NCBI GenBank assembly: GCA_032718475.1
Contig: JAUCBJ010005314.1
Location: 1-37,971, forward strand
Source: Nemertoderma westbladi
Lineage: Eukaryota > Animalia > Xenacoelomorpha
Length of the DNA stretch: 37,971 nucleotides
Direction: 5' to 3'
Shown here: piece by piece, positions 23,675 through 36,631 of the stretch
How the letters are laid out: every line of letters begins with the position of its first letter
How positions within the stretch are numbered: position 1 is the stretch's first letter
Program-made: the position numbers and the translations under genes
The notes under the pieces: model-generated
Told to the model about the DNA's origin: nothing
Seen by the model: the letters and a program-made list of their open reading frames with translations, nothing else
Databases searched by the model: none

Positions 23675-24391
23675 GTGTACGTAATAAGTGAGTCTGTATG
23701 TTCGGTGTATCCCGAATTTAAATTCAAACATCACCGTCTAAAGAAAGACCTTACAGCAAATTTTAGACGGAAATTTTCGGAATGCAAATCTAATCGAAAG
23801 AAGAGAGAGATGCAGAAGAAGGTGGCCAACAATACCCTTTCCGGTACAGTTGAGTCTAAACCTACCGGTACTACAAGCGACACCCCGATGCTGTCCCCTT
23901 CTCCTCTATATTTTGCAGCCCAGCCAAGAGGATTACTGAATAAAAGGAAACATAGTGACAGTGATGATGGCATAGGAGATGGCGACCAGTCAGTAAAATA
24001 TGCTGAATCTTATGATACCTCAGCCTCTGAGTCGAGCCTCGCTTCAGAATCAAATACATTGTTACTGCAGGATGGAGATCTGGAGGATATGAAGTTCTTC
24101 GATTATAATCAGCTCGTTTGGGCCAAAATGAAGAAGCGTGACATGTTTTGGCCAGGACGGGTAACAGAACCAAGGTCAGATGTGCCAGTGAGAAAACCAA
24201 TATCCAAGAGTCCGACATATTTAATTTACTTCTTCGGGACCGATAACTATGCTTGGATAAAAGAAGAACTTATTACAGATTATACTACGGGTCGAGTTGC
24301 AAACACGAAAGTCAAGATCAATTCTAGTCGGGCATTTATACGGGCTATAGAGGAAGCGGAAACTATTTATGCCGAAGGTGGTGGGGTCTAG
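23675..24391 (+). CDS. PWWP-domain protein (HDGF/GLYR1-like PWWP at C-terminus); frame open from 23591, true start uncertain
   Basis: FDYNQLVWAKMKKRDMFWPGRV...YLIYFFGTDNYAWI...FIRAIEEAE (~24098-24370). Frame is stop-free from 23591 to 24391; first in-frame ATG at 23810; possible acceptor ttttaag at 23591. Confidence 0.8.
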   Translation: MYVISESVCSVYPEFKFKHHRLKKDLTANFRRKFSECKSNRKKREMQKKVANNTLSGTVESKPTGTTSDTPMLSPSPLYFAAQPRGLLNKRKHSDSDDGIGDGDQSVKYAESYDTSASESSLASESNTLLLQDGDLEDMKFFDYNQLVWAKMKKRDMFWPGRVTEPRSDVPVRKPISKSPTYLIYFFGTDNYAWIKEELITDYTTGRVANTKVKINSSRAFIRAIEEAETIYAEGGGV

Positions 24392-24408
24392 GATATTACC
24401 TACTATGT

Positions 24409-24414
24409 AATAAA
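24409..24414 (+). terminator. Putative polyadenylation signal of the PWWP ORF
   Basis: AATAAA 18 nt after the TAG, with T/GT-rich sequence downstream. Confidence 0.45.
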
Positions 24415-24469
24415 CCCTGACTATAGATATGTTTAAAGATTGTACTGGCTACTTATTATACTGAGACAA

Positions 24470-25425
24470 CTGCGAATTCTGTTTGAGTTTGTTGTATTAT
24501 ATCCTATCCGTACTATCGGTGTCATAATACCAGTGTATTGCCAGTATTACATATATACCAGTTCTATTCTTTGTTTTTATATTTGTAGATTAGACCAAAT
24601 TTTTTTGTAGATTAGACCACTGCGAATTCTGTGGGTGTTATGTTGTATTATATCCTATCCGTACTATCGGTGTCATAATACCAGTGTATTGCCAGTATTA
24701 CATATATACCAGTTCTATTCTTTGTTTTTATATTTGTAGATTAGACCAAATTTTTTTGTAGATTAGACCACTGCGAATTCTGTGGGTGTTATGTTGTATT
24801 TTATCCTATCCCGTACTATTGTTTGTAATACGGTATTGTTTGTAATTTTCAGTGTCAAAATACCAGTACTATATTGCCAGTATTACATATATACCAGTTC
24901 TATGCATTGTTTTTATATTTGTAGATTAGACTTGTTTTTATATTTGTAGATTAGACCACTGCGAATTCTGTGGGTGTTATGTTGCATTTTATCCTATCCC
25001 GTACTATTGTTTGTAATATTGTTTGTAATTTTCAGTGTCAAAATACCAGTACTATATTGCCAGTATTACATATACCAATTCTATGCATTGTTTTTATATT
25101 TGTAGATTAGACTTGTTTTTATATTTGTAGATTAGACCACTGCGAATTCTGTGGGTGTTATGTTGCATTTTATCCTATCCCGTACTATTGTTTGTAATAT
25201 TGTTTGTAATTTTCAGTGTCAAAATACCAGTACTATATTGCCAGTATTACATATATACCAGTTCTATGCATTGTTTTTATATTTGTAGATTAGATTTGTT
25301 TTTATATTTGTAGATTAGACCACTGCGAATTCTGTGGGTGTTATGTTGCATTTTATCCTATCCCTTACTATTGTTTGTGATATTGTTTGTAATTTTCGGT
25401 GTCATACATAATACCAGTACTATTG
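24470..25425. repeat. Tandem repeat of 150-188-bp units (~5.5 copies) inside the transposon
   Basis: Anchor CTGCGAATTCTGT at 24470, 24620, 24771, 24959, 25140 and 25323. Confidence 0.92.
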
Positions 25426-25584
25426 TCACAATTTAGCGTTTGAAACATAAAAAGTATTGCTTCCTATAAAATTACAGGTTTTTCAATAAAGCGATCCCTA
25501 TAATATCCGCATAACAGGTTAGCCCCTTTATAGGCATAAAACATCCGCAGCTATACCCCCCCCCCCCCCCCCCCCCCCCCATTA

Positions 25585-26139
25585 AAGCCATAAAACAGCT
25601 GGTTGCACCCCAGTTACAGGCATAAAACATCAGGTTATACCCCCAACACAGGCATAAAACAGCTGGTTATACCCCCAATACAGGCATAAAACATCAGGTT
25701 ATACCCCCAGCACAGGCATAAAACAGCTGGTTATACCCCCAATACAGGCATAAAACATCAGGTTATACCCCCAACACAGACATAAAACAGCTGGTTATAC
25801 CCCAATACAGGCATAAAACATCAGGTTATACCCCCAACACAGGCATAAAACAGCTGGTTATACCCCCAATACAGGCATAAAACATCCGGTTATACCCCCA
25901 ACACAGGCATAAAACAGCGGGTTGTACCCCCAATACAGGCATAAAACATCAGGTTATACCCCCAACACAGGCATAAAACAGCTGGTTATACCCCCAATAC
26001 AGGCATAAAACATCAGGTTATACCCCCAACACAAGCATAAAACAGCTGGTTATACCCCCAATACAGGCATAAAACATCAGGTTATACCCCCAACACAGGC
26101 ATAAAACATCCGGTTATACCCCCAATACAGGCATAAAAC
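25585..26139. repeat. 32-bp subterminal tandem repeat (~17 copies, alternating A/B dimers)
   Basis: CAGGCATAAAACA(TCA/GCT)GGTTATACCCCCAA(C/T)A at 25617, 25649, 25681 ... 26128. Confidence 0.95.
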
Positions 26140-26337
26140 TGAGGGTTTAAGTTTAACAACAACCAGTAGTTTTTTTATTGAATCATCAAAGGATATTACA
26201 ACCGCCAGTTAATTTAAAGCAGAAAAACTGCCAGTTTCTCGAATTAACTTCTGGTTATTTTGTCACGAGATTCACCGGAGGTTTTTCGAGAAACTGGCAG
26301 TTTTTTATTAAATAACCACCAGTGTGTTTTTTCAGTG

Positions 26338-27180
26338 TAATTATTGGGGAAAATGTATTTATTTTGGGAAAATTTGTATTTATTTTGGGAAAATTTGTAT
26401 TTATTTTAGGGGATTATGTATTTATTTTGGGGGATTATGTATTTATTTTGGGAAAATTTGTATTTATTTTGGGAAAATTTGTATTAATTTTGGGAAATTT
26501 GTATTTATTTTGGGGGAATATGTATTTATTTTGGGGGATTATGTATTTATTGGGGAAAATGTATTTATTTTGGGAAAATTTGTATTTATTTTGGGAAAAT
26601 TTGTATCTATTTTGGGGGATTATGTAATTGTTGGGGAAAATGTATTTATTTTGGGAAAATTTGTATTTATTTTGGGAAAATTTGTATTTATTTTGGGAAA
26701 ATTTGTATTTATTTTGGGGGATTATGTATTTACTTTGGGGGATTATGTAATTATTGGGGAAAATGTATTTATTTTGGGAAAATTTGTATTTATTTTGGGG
26801 GAATATGTATTTATTTTGGAGGATTATGTAATTATTGGGGAAAATGTATTTATTTTGGGAAAATTTGTATTTATTTTGGGAAAATTTGTATTTATTTTGG
26901 GAAAATTTGTATTTATTTTGGGAAAATTTGTATTTATTTTGGGAAAATTTGTATTTATTTTGGGAAAATTTGTATTTATTTTGGGAAAATTTGTATTTAT
27001 TTTGGGGGAATATATATGTATTTATTTTGGGGGATTATGTATTTATTTTGGGGGATTATGTATTTATTTTGGGGGATTATATTATGTATTTATTTTGGGA
27101 AAATTTGTATTTATTTTGGGAAAATTTGTATTTATTTTGGGAAAATTTGTATTTATTTTGGGGGTTTTGTTATTTATTTT
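26338..27180. repeat. 21-bp minisatellite, right part
   Basis: The same unit resumes right after the element's right TIR; about 40 units. Confidence 0.95.
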
Positions 27181-28093
27181 AGTGTGGATATTTGGTGTTG
27201 GGGAGAATTTATTTGTTTTGGTTTTGAATAATTGTTTTTGGTGTTCGAATAATTTTATTTGGGGTATCATTATTTAAATTTGGTGTGGGGACCCGAGTGT
27301 TAGGGTGTTTACTGAGGCTAGTCTAGTGACTTGCCTCAGATTCACCAATGGCTTTGTTGGTCGGGGTGGAACATGAGAGTAGCCTACAACTCTAGAATCC
27401 CTCTCCCCCTCACAATCTGGCCTCCCTGGTGACCCAGGGTTTGGGCCAGAAAGGTCATCAGGAAAGGGACTCCAATAGGGGGTGAGACAGGCAGCCGGTC
27501 AGGAGATAACTGACGCCTATGAGGCCGATTGTGTCCGGTAATTCCACTGGCCTCTAGTGGCCGGACCTCCGCTTTAATAATGTAATCCATAGTGGGGGTT
27601 GGGCGTGCTTTTTTGCCGAGTCAGCTCTCGGGGCAAATACCACACCCTGGTTTGCCATTCCACAGGGTGGGTGTCGCAGTGGAGTCAGATATGAGGCCCA
27701 TCACCCATATCTACTCTGGCACACATGACCCACCATTGGCTGTGCAGCTCATCTGCTGGGTCATGCCCTGTACCCCTGCTGCCAGGTGCAGGTCGCAGTG
27801 AAGTGCACTCAGAGTGGACTCAGAGTGGACTCTACTCCTGACCAGCCATTGATGTCGTAACCTGACCTGAATACCTGACCTCCTATTGCCCAAAATATTG
27901 CTCTATCTTATTAAAAAAAAGCGGTTACAGTCAAAACCTTAAAATAAGCCCATTTCACATACGTCGTCCGGTTTTGCGTCGCATTTTGGCCGGGAAGTGT
28001 AGGGCTTTAGGGTTTCAAGTACAACACGTTTATTTCTAAGTTGAAACTTATTAACTGATATTAAATAGTGATTATGGTTAAATATTTGTACAG

Positions 28094-28266
28094 ATATGAA
28101 GGAAGTGGTTCAAGGGGAGAGACAACGTTTAATGAAGTAATACTCGATGAGAACGATCAGCTGTGGGGGGAGCTCCGGCACAAACACATCGCCATAGTGA
28201 GTCAGGAAGTCACTCGTCTACTCAAGGGATTCTTCCAGGAGAAAAACATGAGAACAAAAGAGCCCG
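28094..28266 (+). CDS. STXBP1: Munc18/UNC-18 exon 7
   Basis: tacag| KYEGSG...[33 protein letters not shown]...KEP |gtgagt; 173 bp, phase 2-1. Confidence 0.95.
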
Positions 28267-28300
28267 GTGAGTTCTGTTGGAGATGTACGGTATAATGGAT

Positions 28301-31300
28301 CATGATCGGATAATTCACAATGAATAATGAGGTCATTGATCGGATCATACACAATGAGTACTGATGCCATGATCGGATCATTCACAATGAGTAATGAGGC
28401 CATGATCATTCACAATGAGTAATGATGCCATGATCGGATCATACACAATGAGTAATGATGCCATGATCGGGTCATACACAATGAGTAATGATGCCATGAT
28501 CGGATCATACACAATGAGTACTGATGCCATGATCGGATCATTCACAATGAGTAATGATGCCATGATCGGATCATACGCAATGAGTAAGATGCCATGATCG
28601 GATCATTAGAATGAGTAATGCATCCATGATCGGATCATACACAATGAGTAATGATGCCATGATCGGATCATTAGAATGAGTAATGCATCCATGATCGGAT
28701 CATACACAATGAGTACTGATGCCATGATCGGATCATTCACAATGAGTAATGAGGCCATGATCATTCACAATGAGTAATGATGCCATGATCGGATCGTACA
28801 CAATGAGTAATGATGCCATGATCGGGTCATACACAATGAGTAATGATGCCATGATCGGATCATACACAATGAGTACTGATGCCATGATCGGATCATTCAC
28901 AATGAGTAATGATGCCATGATCGAATCATACGCAATGAGTAAGATGCCATGATCGGATCATTAGAATGAGTAATGCATCCATGATCGGATCATACACAAT
29001 GAGTAATGACGCCATGATCGGGTCATACACAATGAGTAAGATGCCATGATCGGATCATTAGAATGAGTAATGCATCCATGATCGGATCATACACAATGAG
29101 TAATGATGCCATGATCGGATCATACACAATGAGTAAGATGCCATGATCGGATCATACACAATGAGTAATGATGCCATGATCGGGTCATACACAATGAGTA
29201 ATGATGCCATGATCGGGTCATATACAATGAATAATGATGCCATGATCGGATCATACACAATGAGTAATGATGCCATGATAGGGTCATACACAATGAGTAA
29301 TGATGCCATGATCGGATCATACACAATGGGTAATGATGCCATGATCGGATCATGCACAATGAGTAATGATGCCATGATCGGGTCATACACAATGAGTAAT
29401 GATGCCATGATCGGATCATACACAATGAGTACTGATGCCATGATCGGATCATTCACAATGAGTAATGATGCCATGATCGGATCATACGCAATGAGTAAGA
29501 TGCCATGATCGGATCATTAGAATGAGTAATGCATCCATGATCGGATCATTCACAATGAGTAATGATGCCATGATCGGATCATACACAATGAGTAAGATGC
29601 CATGATCGGATCATTAGAATAAGTAATGCATCCATGATCGGATCATACACAATGAGTAATTATGCCATGATCGGGTCATACACAATGAGTAATGATGCCA
29701 TGATCGGATCATACACAATGGGTACTGATGCCATGATCGGATCATTCACAATGAGTAATGATGCCATGATCGGATCATACACAATGAGTAAGATGCCATG
29801 ATCGGATCATTAGAATGAGTAATGCATCCATGATCGGATCATACACAATGAGTAATGATGCCATGATCGGATCATTAGAATGAGTAATGCATCCATCATC
29901 GGATCATACATACACAATGAGTAATGATGCCATGATCGGATCATACACAATGAGTAATGAGGCCATGATCGGATCATTAGAATGAGTAATGCATCCATGA
30001 TCGGATCATACACAATGAGTAATGATGCCATGATCGGATCATTAGAATGAGTAATGCATCCATGATCGGATCATACACAATGAGTAATGATGCCATGATC
30101 GGATCATACATACACAATGAGTAATGATGCCATGATCGGATCATACATACACAATGAGTAATGATGCCATGATCGGGTCATACACAATGAGTGATGATGC
30201 CATGATCGGATCATACACAATGAGTAATGATGCCATGATCGGATCATACACAATGAGTAATGGTGCCATGATCGGATTATACACAATGAGTAATGATGCC
30301 TTGATCGGATCATTAGAATGAGTAATGCATCCATGATCGGATCATACACAATGAGTAATGAGGCCATGATCGGATCATTAGAATGAGTAATGATGCCATC
30401 CATGATCGGGTCATACACAATGAGTAATGATGCCATGATCGGATCATTAGAATGAGTAATGCATCCATGATCGGATCATACATACACAATGAGTAATGAT
30501 GCCATGATCGGATCATTAGAATGAGTAATGCATCCATGATCGGATCATACATACACAATGAGTAATGATGCCATAATCGGATCATACACAATGAGTAATG
30601 ATGCCATGATCGGATCATTAGAATGAGTAATGATGCCATGATCGGATCATTCACAATGAATAATGATGCCATTATTGGATTATTAGAATGAGTAATGAGG
30701 CCATGATGCCGCATCCATGATCGGGTCATACACAATGAGAACTAATGCATGATGGGATTATTAGAATGAGTAATGATGCCATGATCGGATCATTAGAATG
30801 AGTAATGATGCGTGCGATCCATGATCGGATCATACACAATGAGTAATGATGCCATGATCGGATTATTAGAATGAGTAATGAGGCCATGATGCCGCATCCA
30901 TGATCGGGTCATACACAATGAGAACTAATGCATGATGGGATTATTAGAATGAGTAATGATGCCATGATCGGATCATTAGAATGAGTAATGATGCGTGCGA
31001 TCCATGATCGGATCATACACAATGAATAATGATCCCATGATCGGATCATTAGAATGAGTAATGATGCCATGATCGGATCATTAGAATGAGTACTGATGCC
31101 ATGATCGGATCATTCACAATGAGTAATGATGCCATGATCGGATCATACACAATTAGTAATGATGCCATGATCGGGTCATACACAATGAGTAATGATGCCA
31201 TAATCGGGTCATACACAATGAGTAATGATGCCATGATCGGATCATTATAATGAGTAATGAGGCCATGATCGGATCATTAGAATGAGTAATGCATCCATGA

Positions 31301-34300
31301 TCGGATCATTCACAATGAGTAATGATGCCTAGATCGGATCATTAGAATGAGTAATGTTTCATGATCGGGTCATACACAATGAGTAATGATGCCATGATCG
31401 AATCATTGGAATGAGTAATGATATCCATGATCGGATCATTCACAATGAGTAATGATGCCATGATCGGATCATACACAATTAGTAATGATGCCATGATCGG
31501 GTCTTACACAATGAGTAATGATGCCATAATCGGGTCATACACAATGAGTAATGATGCCATGATCGGATCATTATAATGAGTAATGAGGCCATGATCGGAT
31601 CATTAGAATGTGTAATGATGCCATCCATGATCGGGTCATACACAATGAGTAATGATGCCATGATCGGATCATTAGAATGAGTAATGCATCCATGATCGGA
31701 TCATACATACACAATGAGTAATGATGCCATGATCGGATCATTAGAATGAGTAATGCATCCATGATCGGATCATACATACACAATGAGTAATGATGCCATA
31801 ATCGGATCATACACAATGAGTAATGATGCCATGATCGGATCATTAGAATGAGTAATGATGCCATGATCGGATCATTCACAACGAGTAATGATGCCATGAT
31901 CGGATCATACACAATGAGTAATGATGACATGATCGGATTATTAGAATGAGTAATGTGGCCATGATGCCGCATCCATGATCGGGTCATACACAATGAGAAC
32001 TAATGCATGATGGGATTATTAGAATGAGTAATGACGCCATGATCGGATCATTAAAATGAGTAATGATGCGTGCGATCCATGATCGGATCATACACAATGA
32101 ATAATGATCCCATGATCGGATCATTAGAATGAGTAATGATGCCATGATCGGATCATTAGAATGAGTACTGATGCCATGATCGGATCATTCACAATGAGTA
32201 ATGATGCCATGATCGGATCATACACAATTAGTAATGATGCCATGATCGGGTCGTACACAATGAGTAATGATGCCATAATCGGGTCATACACAATGAGTAA
32301 TGATGCCATGATCGGATCATTATAATGAGTAATGAGGCCATGATCGGATCATTAGAATGAGTAATGCATCCATGATCGGATCATTCACAACGAGTAATGA
32401 TGCGATGATCGGATCATTAGAATGAGTAATGATGCCGATTGGATCATTCACAATGAGTAATGATGCCAAGATCGGATCATTAGAATGAGTAATGATGCCA
32501 AGATCGGATCATTAGAATGAGTAATGATTCATGATCGGGTCATACACAATGAGTAATGATGCCATGATCGGATCATACACAATGAGTAAGATGCCATGAT
32601 CGGATCATTAGCATGAGTAATGCATCCATGATCGGATCATTCACAATGAGTAATGATGCGATGATCGGATCATTAGAATGAGTAATGATGCCGATTGGAT
32701 CATTCACAATGAGTAATGATGCCAAGATCGGATCATTAGAATGAGTAATGATTCATGATCGGATCATACACAATGAGTAATGAGGCCATGATCGGATCAT
32801 TAGAATGAGTAATGATGCCATCCATGATCGGGTCATACACAATGAGTAATGATGCCATGATCGGATCATTAGAATGAGTAATGCATCCATGATCGGATCA
32901 TACATACACAATGAGTAATGATGCCATGATCGGATCATTAGAATGAGTAATGCATCCATGATCGGATCATACATACACAATGAGTAATGATGCCATAATC
33001 GGATCATACACAATGAGTAATGATGCCATGATCGGATCATTAGAATGAGTAATGATGCCATGATCGGATCATTCACAATGAATAATGATGCCATGATTGG
33101 ATTATTAGAATGAGTAATGAGGCCATGATGCCGCATCCATGATCGGGTCATACACAATGAGAACTAATGCATGATGGGATTATTAGAATGAGTAATGATG
33201 CCATGATCGGATCATTAGAATGAGTAATGATGCGTGCGATCCATGATCGGATCATACACAATGAGTAATGATGCCATGATCGGATTATTAGAATGAGTAA
33301 TGAGGCCATGATGCCGCATCCATGATCGGGTCATACACAATGAGAACTAATGCATGATGGGATTATTAGAATGAGTAATGATGCCATGATCGGATCATTA
33401 GAATGAGTAATGATGCGTGCGATCCATGATCGGATCATACACAATGAATAATGATCCCATGATCGGATCATTAGAATGAGTAATGATGCCATGATCGGAT
33501 CATTAGAATGAGTACTGATGCCATGATCGGATCATTCACAATGAGTAATGATGCCATGATCGGATCATACACAATTAGTAATGATGCCATGATCGGGTCA
33601 TACACAATGAGTAATGATGCCATAATCGGGTCATACACAATGAGTAATGATGCCATGATCGGATCATTATAATGAGTAATGAGGCCATGATCGGATCATT
33701 AGAATGAGTAATGCATCCATGATCGGATCATTCACAATGAGTAATGATGCCTAGATCGGATCATTAGAATGAGTAATGTTTCATGATCGGGTCATACACA
33801 ATGAGTAATGATGCCATGATCGAATCATTGGAATGAGTAATGATATCCATGATCGGATCATTCACAATGAGTAATGATGCCATGATCGGATCATACACAA
33901 TTAGTAATGATGCCATGATCGGGTCTTACACAATGAGTAATGATGCCATAATCGGGTCATACACAATGAGTAATGATGCCATGATCGGATCATTATAATG
34001 AGTAATGAGGCCATGATCGGATCATTAGAATGTGTAATGATGCCATCCATGATCGGGTCATACACCATGAGTAATGATGCCATGATCGGATCATTAGAAT
34101 GAGTAATGCATCCATGATCGGATCATACATACACAATGAGTAATGATGCCATGATCGGATCATTAGAATGAGTAATGCATCCATGATCTGATCATACATA
34201 CACAATGAGTAATGATGCCATAATCGGATCATACACAATGAGTAATGATGCCATGATCGGATCATTAGAATGAGTAATGATGCCATGATCGGATCATTCA

Positions 34301-36562
34301 CAACGAGTAATGATGCCATGATCGGATCATACACAATGAGTAATGATGACATGATCGGATTATTAGAATGAGTAATGTGGCCATGATGCCGCATCCATGA
34401 TCGGGTCATACACAATGAGAACTAATGCATGATGGGATTATTAGAATGAGTAATGATGCCATGATCGGATCATTAGAATGAGTAATGATGCGTGCGATCC
34501 ATGATCGGATCATACACAATGAATAATGATCCCATGATCGGATCATTAGAATGAGTAATGATGCCATGATCGGATCATTAGAATGAGTACTGATGCCATG
34601 ATCGGATCATTCACAATGAGTAATGATGCCATGATCGGATCATACACAATTAGTAATGATGCCATGATCGGGTCGTACACAATGAGTAATGATGCCATAA
34701 TCGGGTCATACACAATGAGTAATGATGCCATGATCGGATCATTATAATGAGTAATGAGGCCATGATCGGATCATTAGAATGAGTAATGCATCCATGATCG
34801 GATCATTCACAACGAGTAATGATGCGATGATCGGATCATTAGAATGAGTAATGATGCCGATTGGATCATTCACAATGAGTAATGATGCCAAGATCGGATC
34901 ATTAGAATGAGTAATGATGCCAAGATCGGATCATTAGAATGAGTAATGATTCATGATCGGGTCATACACAATGAGTAATGATGCCATGATCGGATCATAC
35001 ACAATGAGTAAGATGCCATGATCGGATCATTAGCATGAGTAATGCATCCATGATCGGATCATTCACAATGAGTAATGATGCGATGATCGGATCATTAGAA
35101 TGAGTAATGATGCCGATTGGATCATTCACAATGAGTAATGATGCCAAGATCGGATCATTAGAATGAGTAATGATTCATGATCGGGTCATACACAATGAGT
35201 AATGATGCCATGATCGGATCATACACAATGAGTAATGATGCCATGATCGGATCAACACAATGAGTAATGATGCCATGATCGGGTCATACACAATGAGTAA
35301 TGATGCCATGATCGGATCAAACACAATGAGTAATGATGCCATGATCGGATCAACACAATGAGTAATGATGCCATGATCGGGTCATACACAATGAGTAATG
35401 ATGCCATGATCGGATCATACGCAATGAGTAATGATGCCATGATCGGGTCATACACAATGAGTAATGATGCCATGATCGGATCATACGCAATTAGTAATGT
35501 TTCCATGATCGGATCATGTACAATGAGTAATGATGCCATTATCGGATCATACACAATGAGTAATGATGCCATGATCGGGTCATACACAATGAGTAATGAT
35601 GCCATGATCGGATCATACGCAATGATTAATGATGCCATGATCGGGTCATACACAATGAATAATGATGCCATGATCGGATCATACACAATGAGTAATGATG
35701 CCATGATCGGATCATGCACAATGAGTAATGATGCCATGATCTGATCATGCACAATGAGTAATGATGCCATGCTCGGATCATACACAATGAGTAATGATGC
35801 CATGCTCGGATCATACACAATGAGTTATGATGCCATGATCGGATCATGCACAATGAGTAATGATGCCATGCTCGGATCATACACAATGAGTAATGATGCC
35901 ATGATCGGATCATCACAATGAGTAATGATGCCATGCTCGGATCATACACAATGAGTAATGATGCCCATCCATGATCGGATCATCGAAATGAGTAATGATG
36001 CCATGATCTGATCATGCACAATGAGTAATGATGCCATGCTCGGATCATACACAATGAGTAATGATGCCATGCTCGGATCATGCACAATGAGTAATGATGC
36101 CATGCTCGGATCATACACAATGAGTAATGATGCCATGCTCGGATCATACACAATGAGTAATGATGCCATGCTCGGATCATACACAATGAGTAATGATGCC
36201 ATGATCTGATCATGCACAATGAGTAATGATGCCATGCTCGGATCATACACAATGAGTAATGATGCCATGCTCGGATCACACACAATGAGTAATGATGCCA
36301 TGATCGGATCATTAGAATGAGTAATGATGCCATGATCGGATCATACACAATGAGTAATGATGCCATGATCGGATCATACACAATGAGTAATGATGCCATG
36401 CTCGCATCACACACAATGAGTAATGATGCCATGATCGGATCATTAGAATGAGTAATGATGCCATGATCGGATCATACACAATGAGTAATGATGCCATGAT
36501 CGGATCATACACAATGAGTAATGATGCCAAGATCGGATCATTAGAATGAGTAATGATGATGC
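28301..36562. repeat. 33-bp satellite ATGAGTAATGATGCCATGATCGGATCATACACA (~250 units) filling intron 7
   Basis: Directly visible, with variants ending TACACA, TTCACA or TTAGA and higher-order duplications. Confidence 0.97.
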
Positions 36563-36631
36563 TATTATCGGATTTGGACACGTTGAACTTATTTACTATC
36601 AATAAGTTATTAAAATTGTTTTGTATTGCAG

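Larger units (their letters stand above)
21881..26337. mobile_element. CMC/EnSpm(CACTA)-like DNA transposon, non-autonomous, 4,457 bp, with PWWP cargo
   Basis: Perfect 12-bp TIR CACTGAAAAAAC (21881-21892) / GTTTTTTCAGTG (26326-26337), TA on both sides. Removing it restores a minisatellite variant (TTATGTAATTATTGGGGAAAATG, also seen near 26743). Subterminal repeated motifs; no transposase ORF. Confidence 0.85.

Noticed and set aside
25585-26139. CRISPR-like appearance of 32-40-bp repeats (here and at 36780-37259)
   Set aside because: Units are contiguous with no unique spacers, there are no cas genes, and the context is eukaryotic.
20228-27277. Long ORFs of 180-514 aa (MYLFWGN/ICIYFGG repeats) in the two minisatellite blocks
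   Set aside because: They are translations of a 21-bp minisatellite open in all three frames, inside an intron; not genes.
28378-36602. Many MASLLIVYDPI/MSNDAMIGSYT ORFs
   Set aside because: Artefacts of the 33-bp satellite, with frequent frame-breaking variants.
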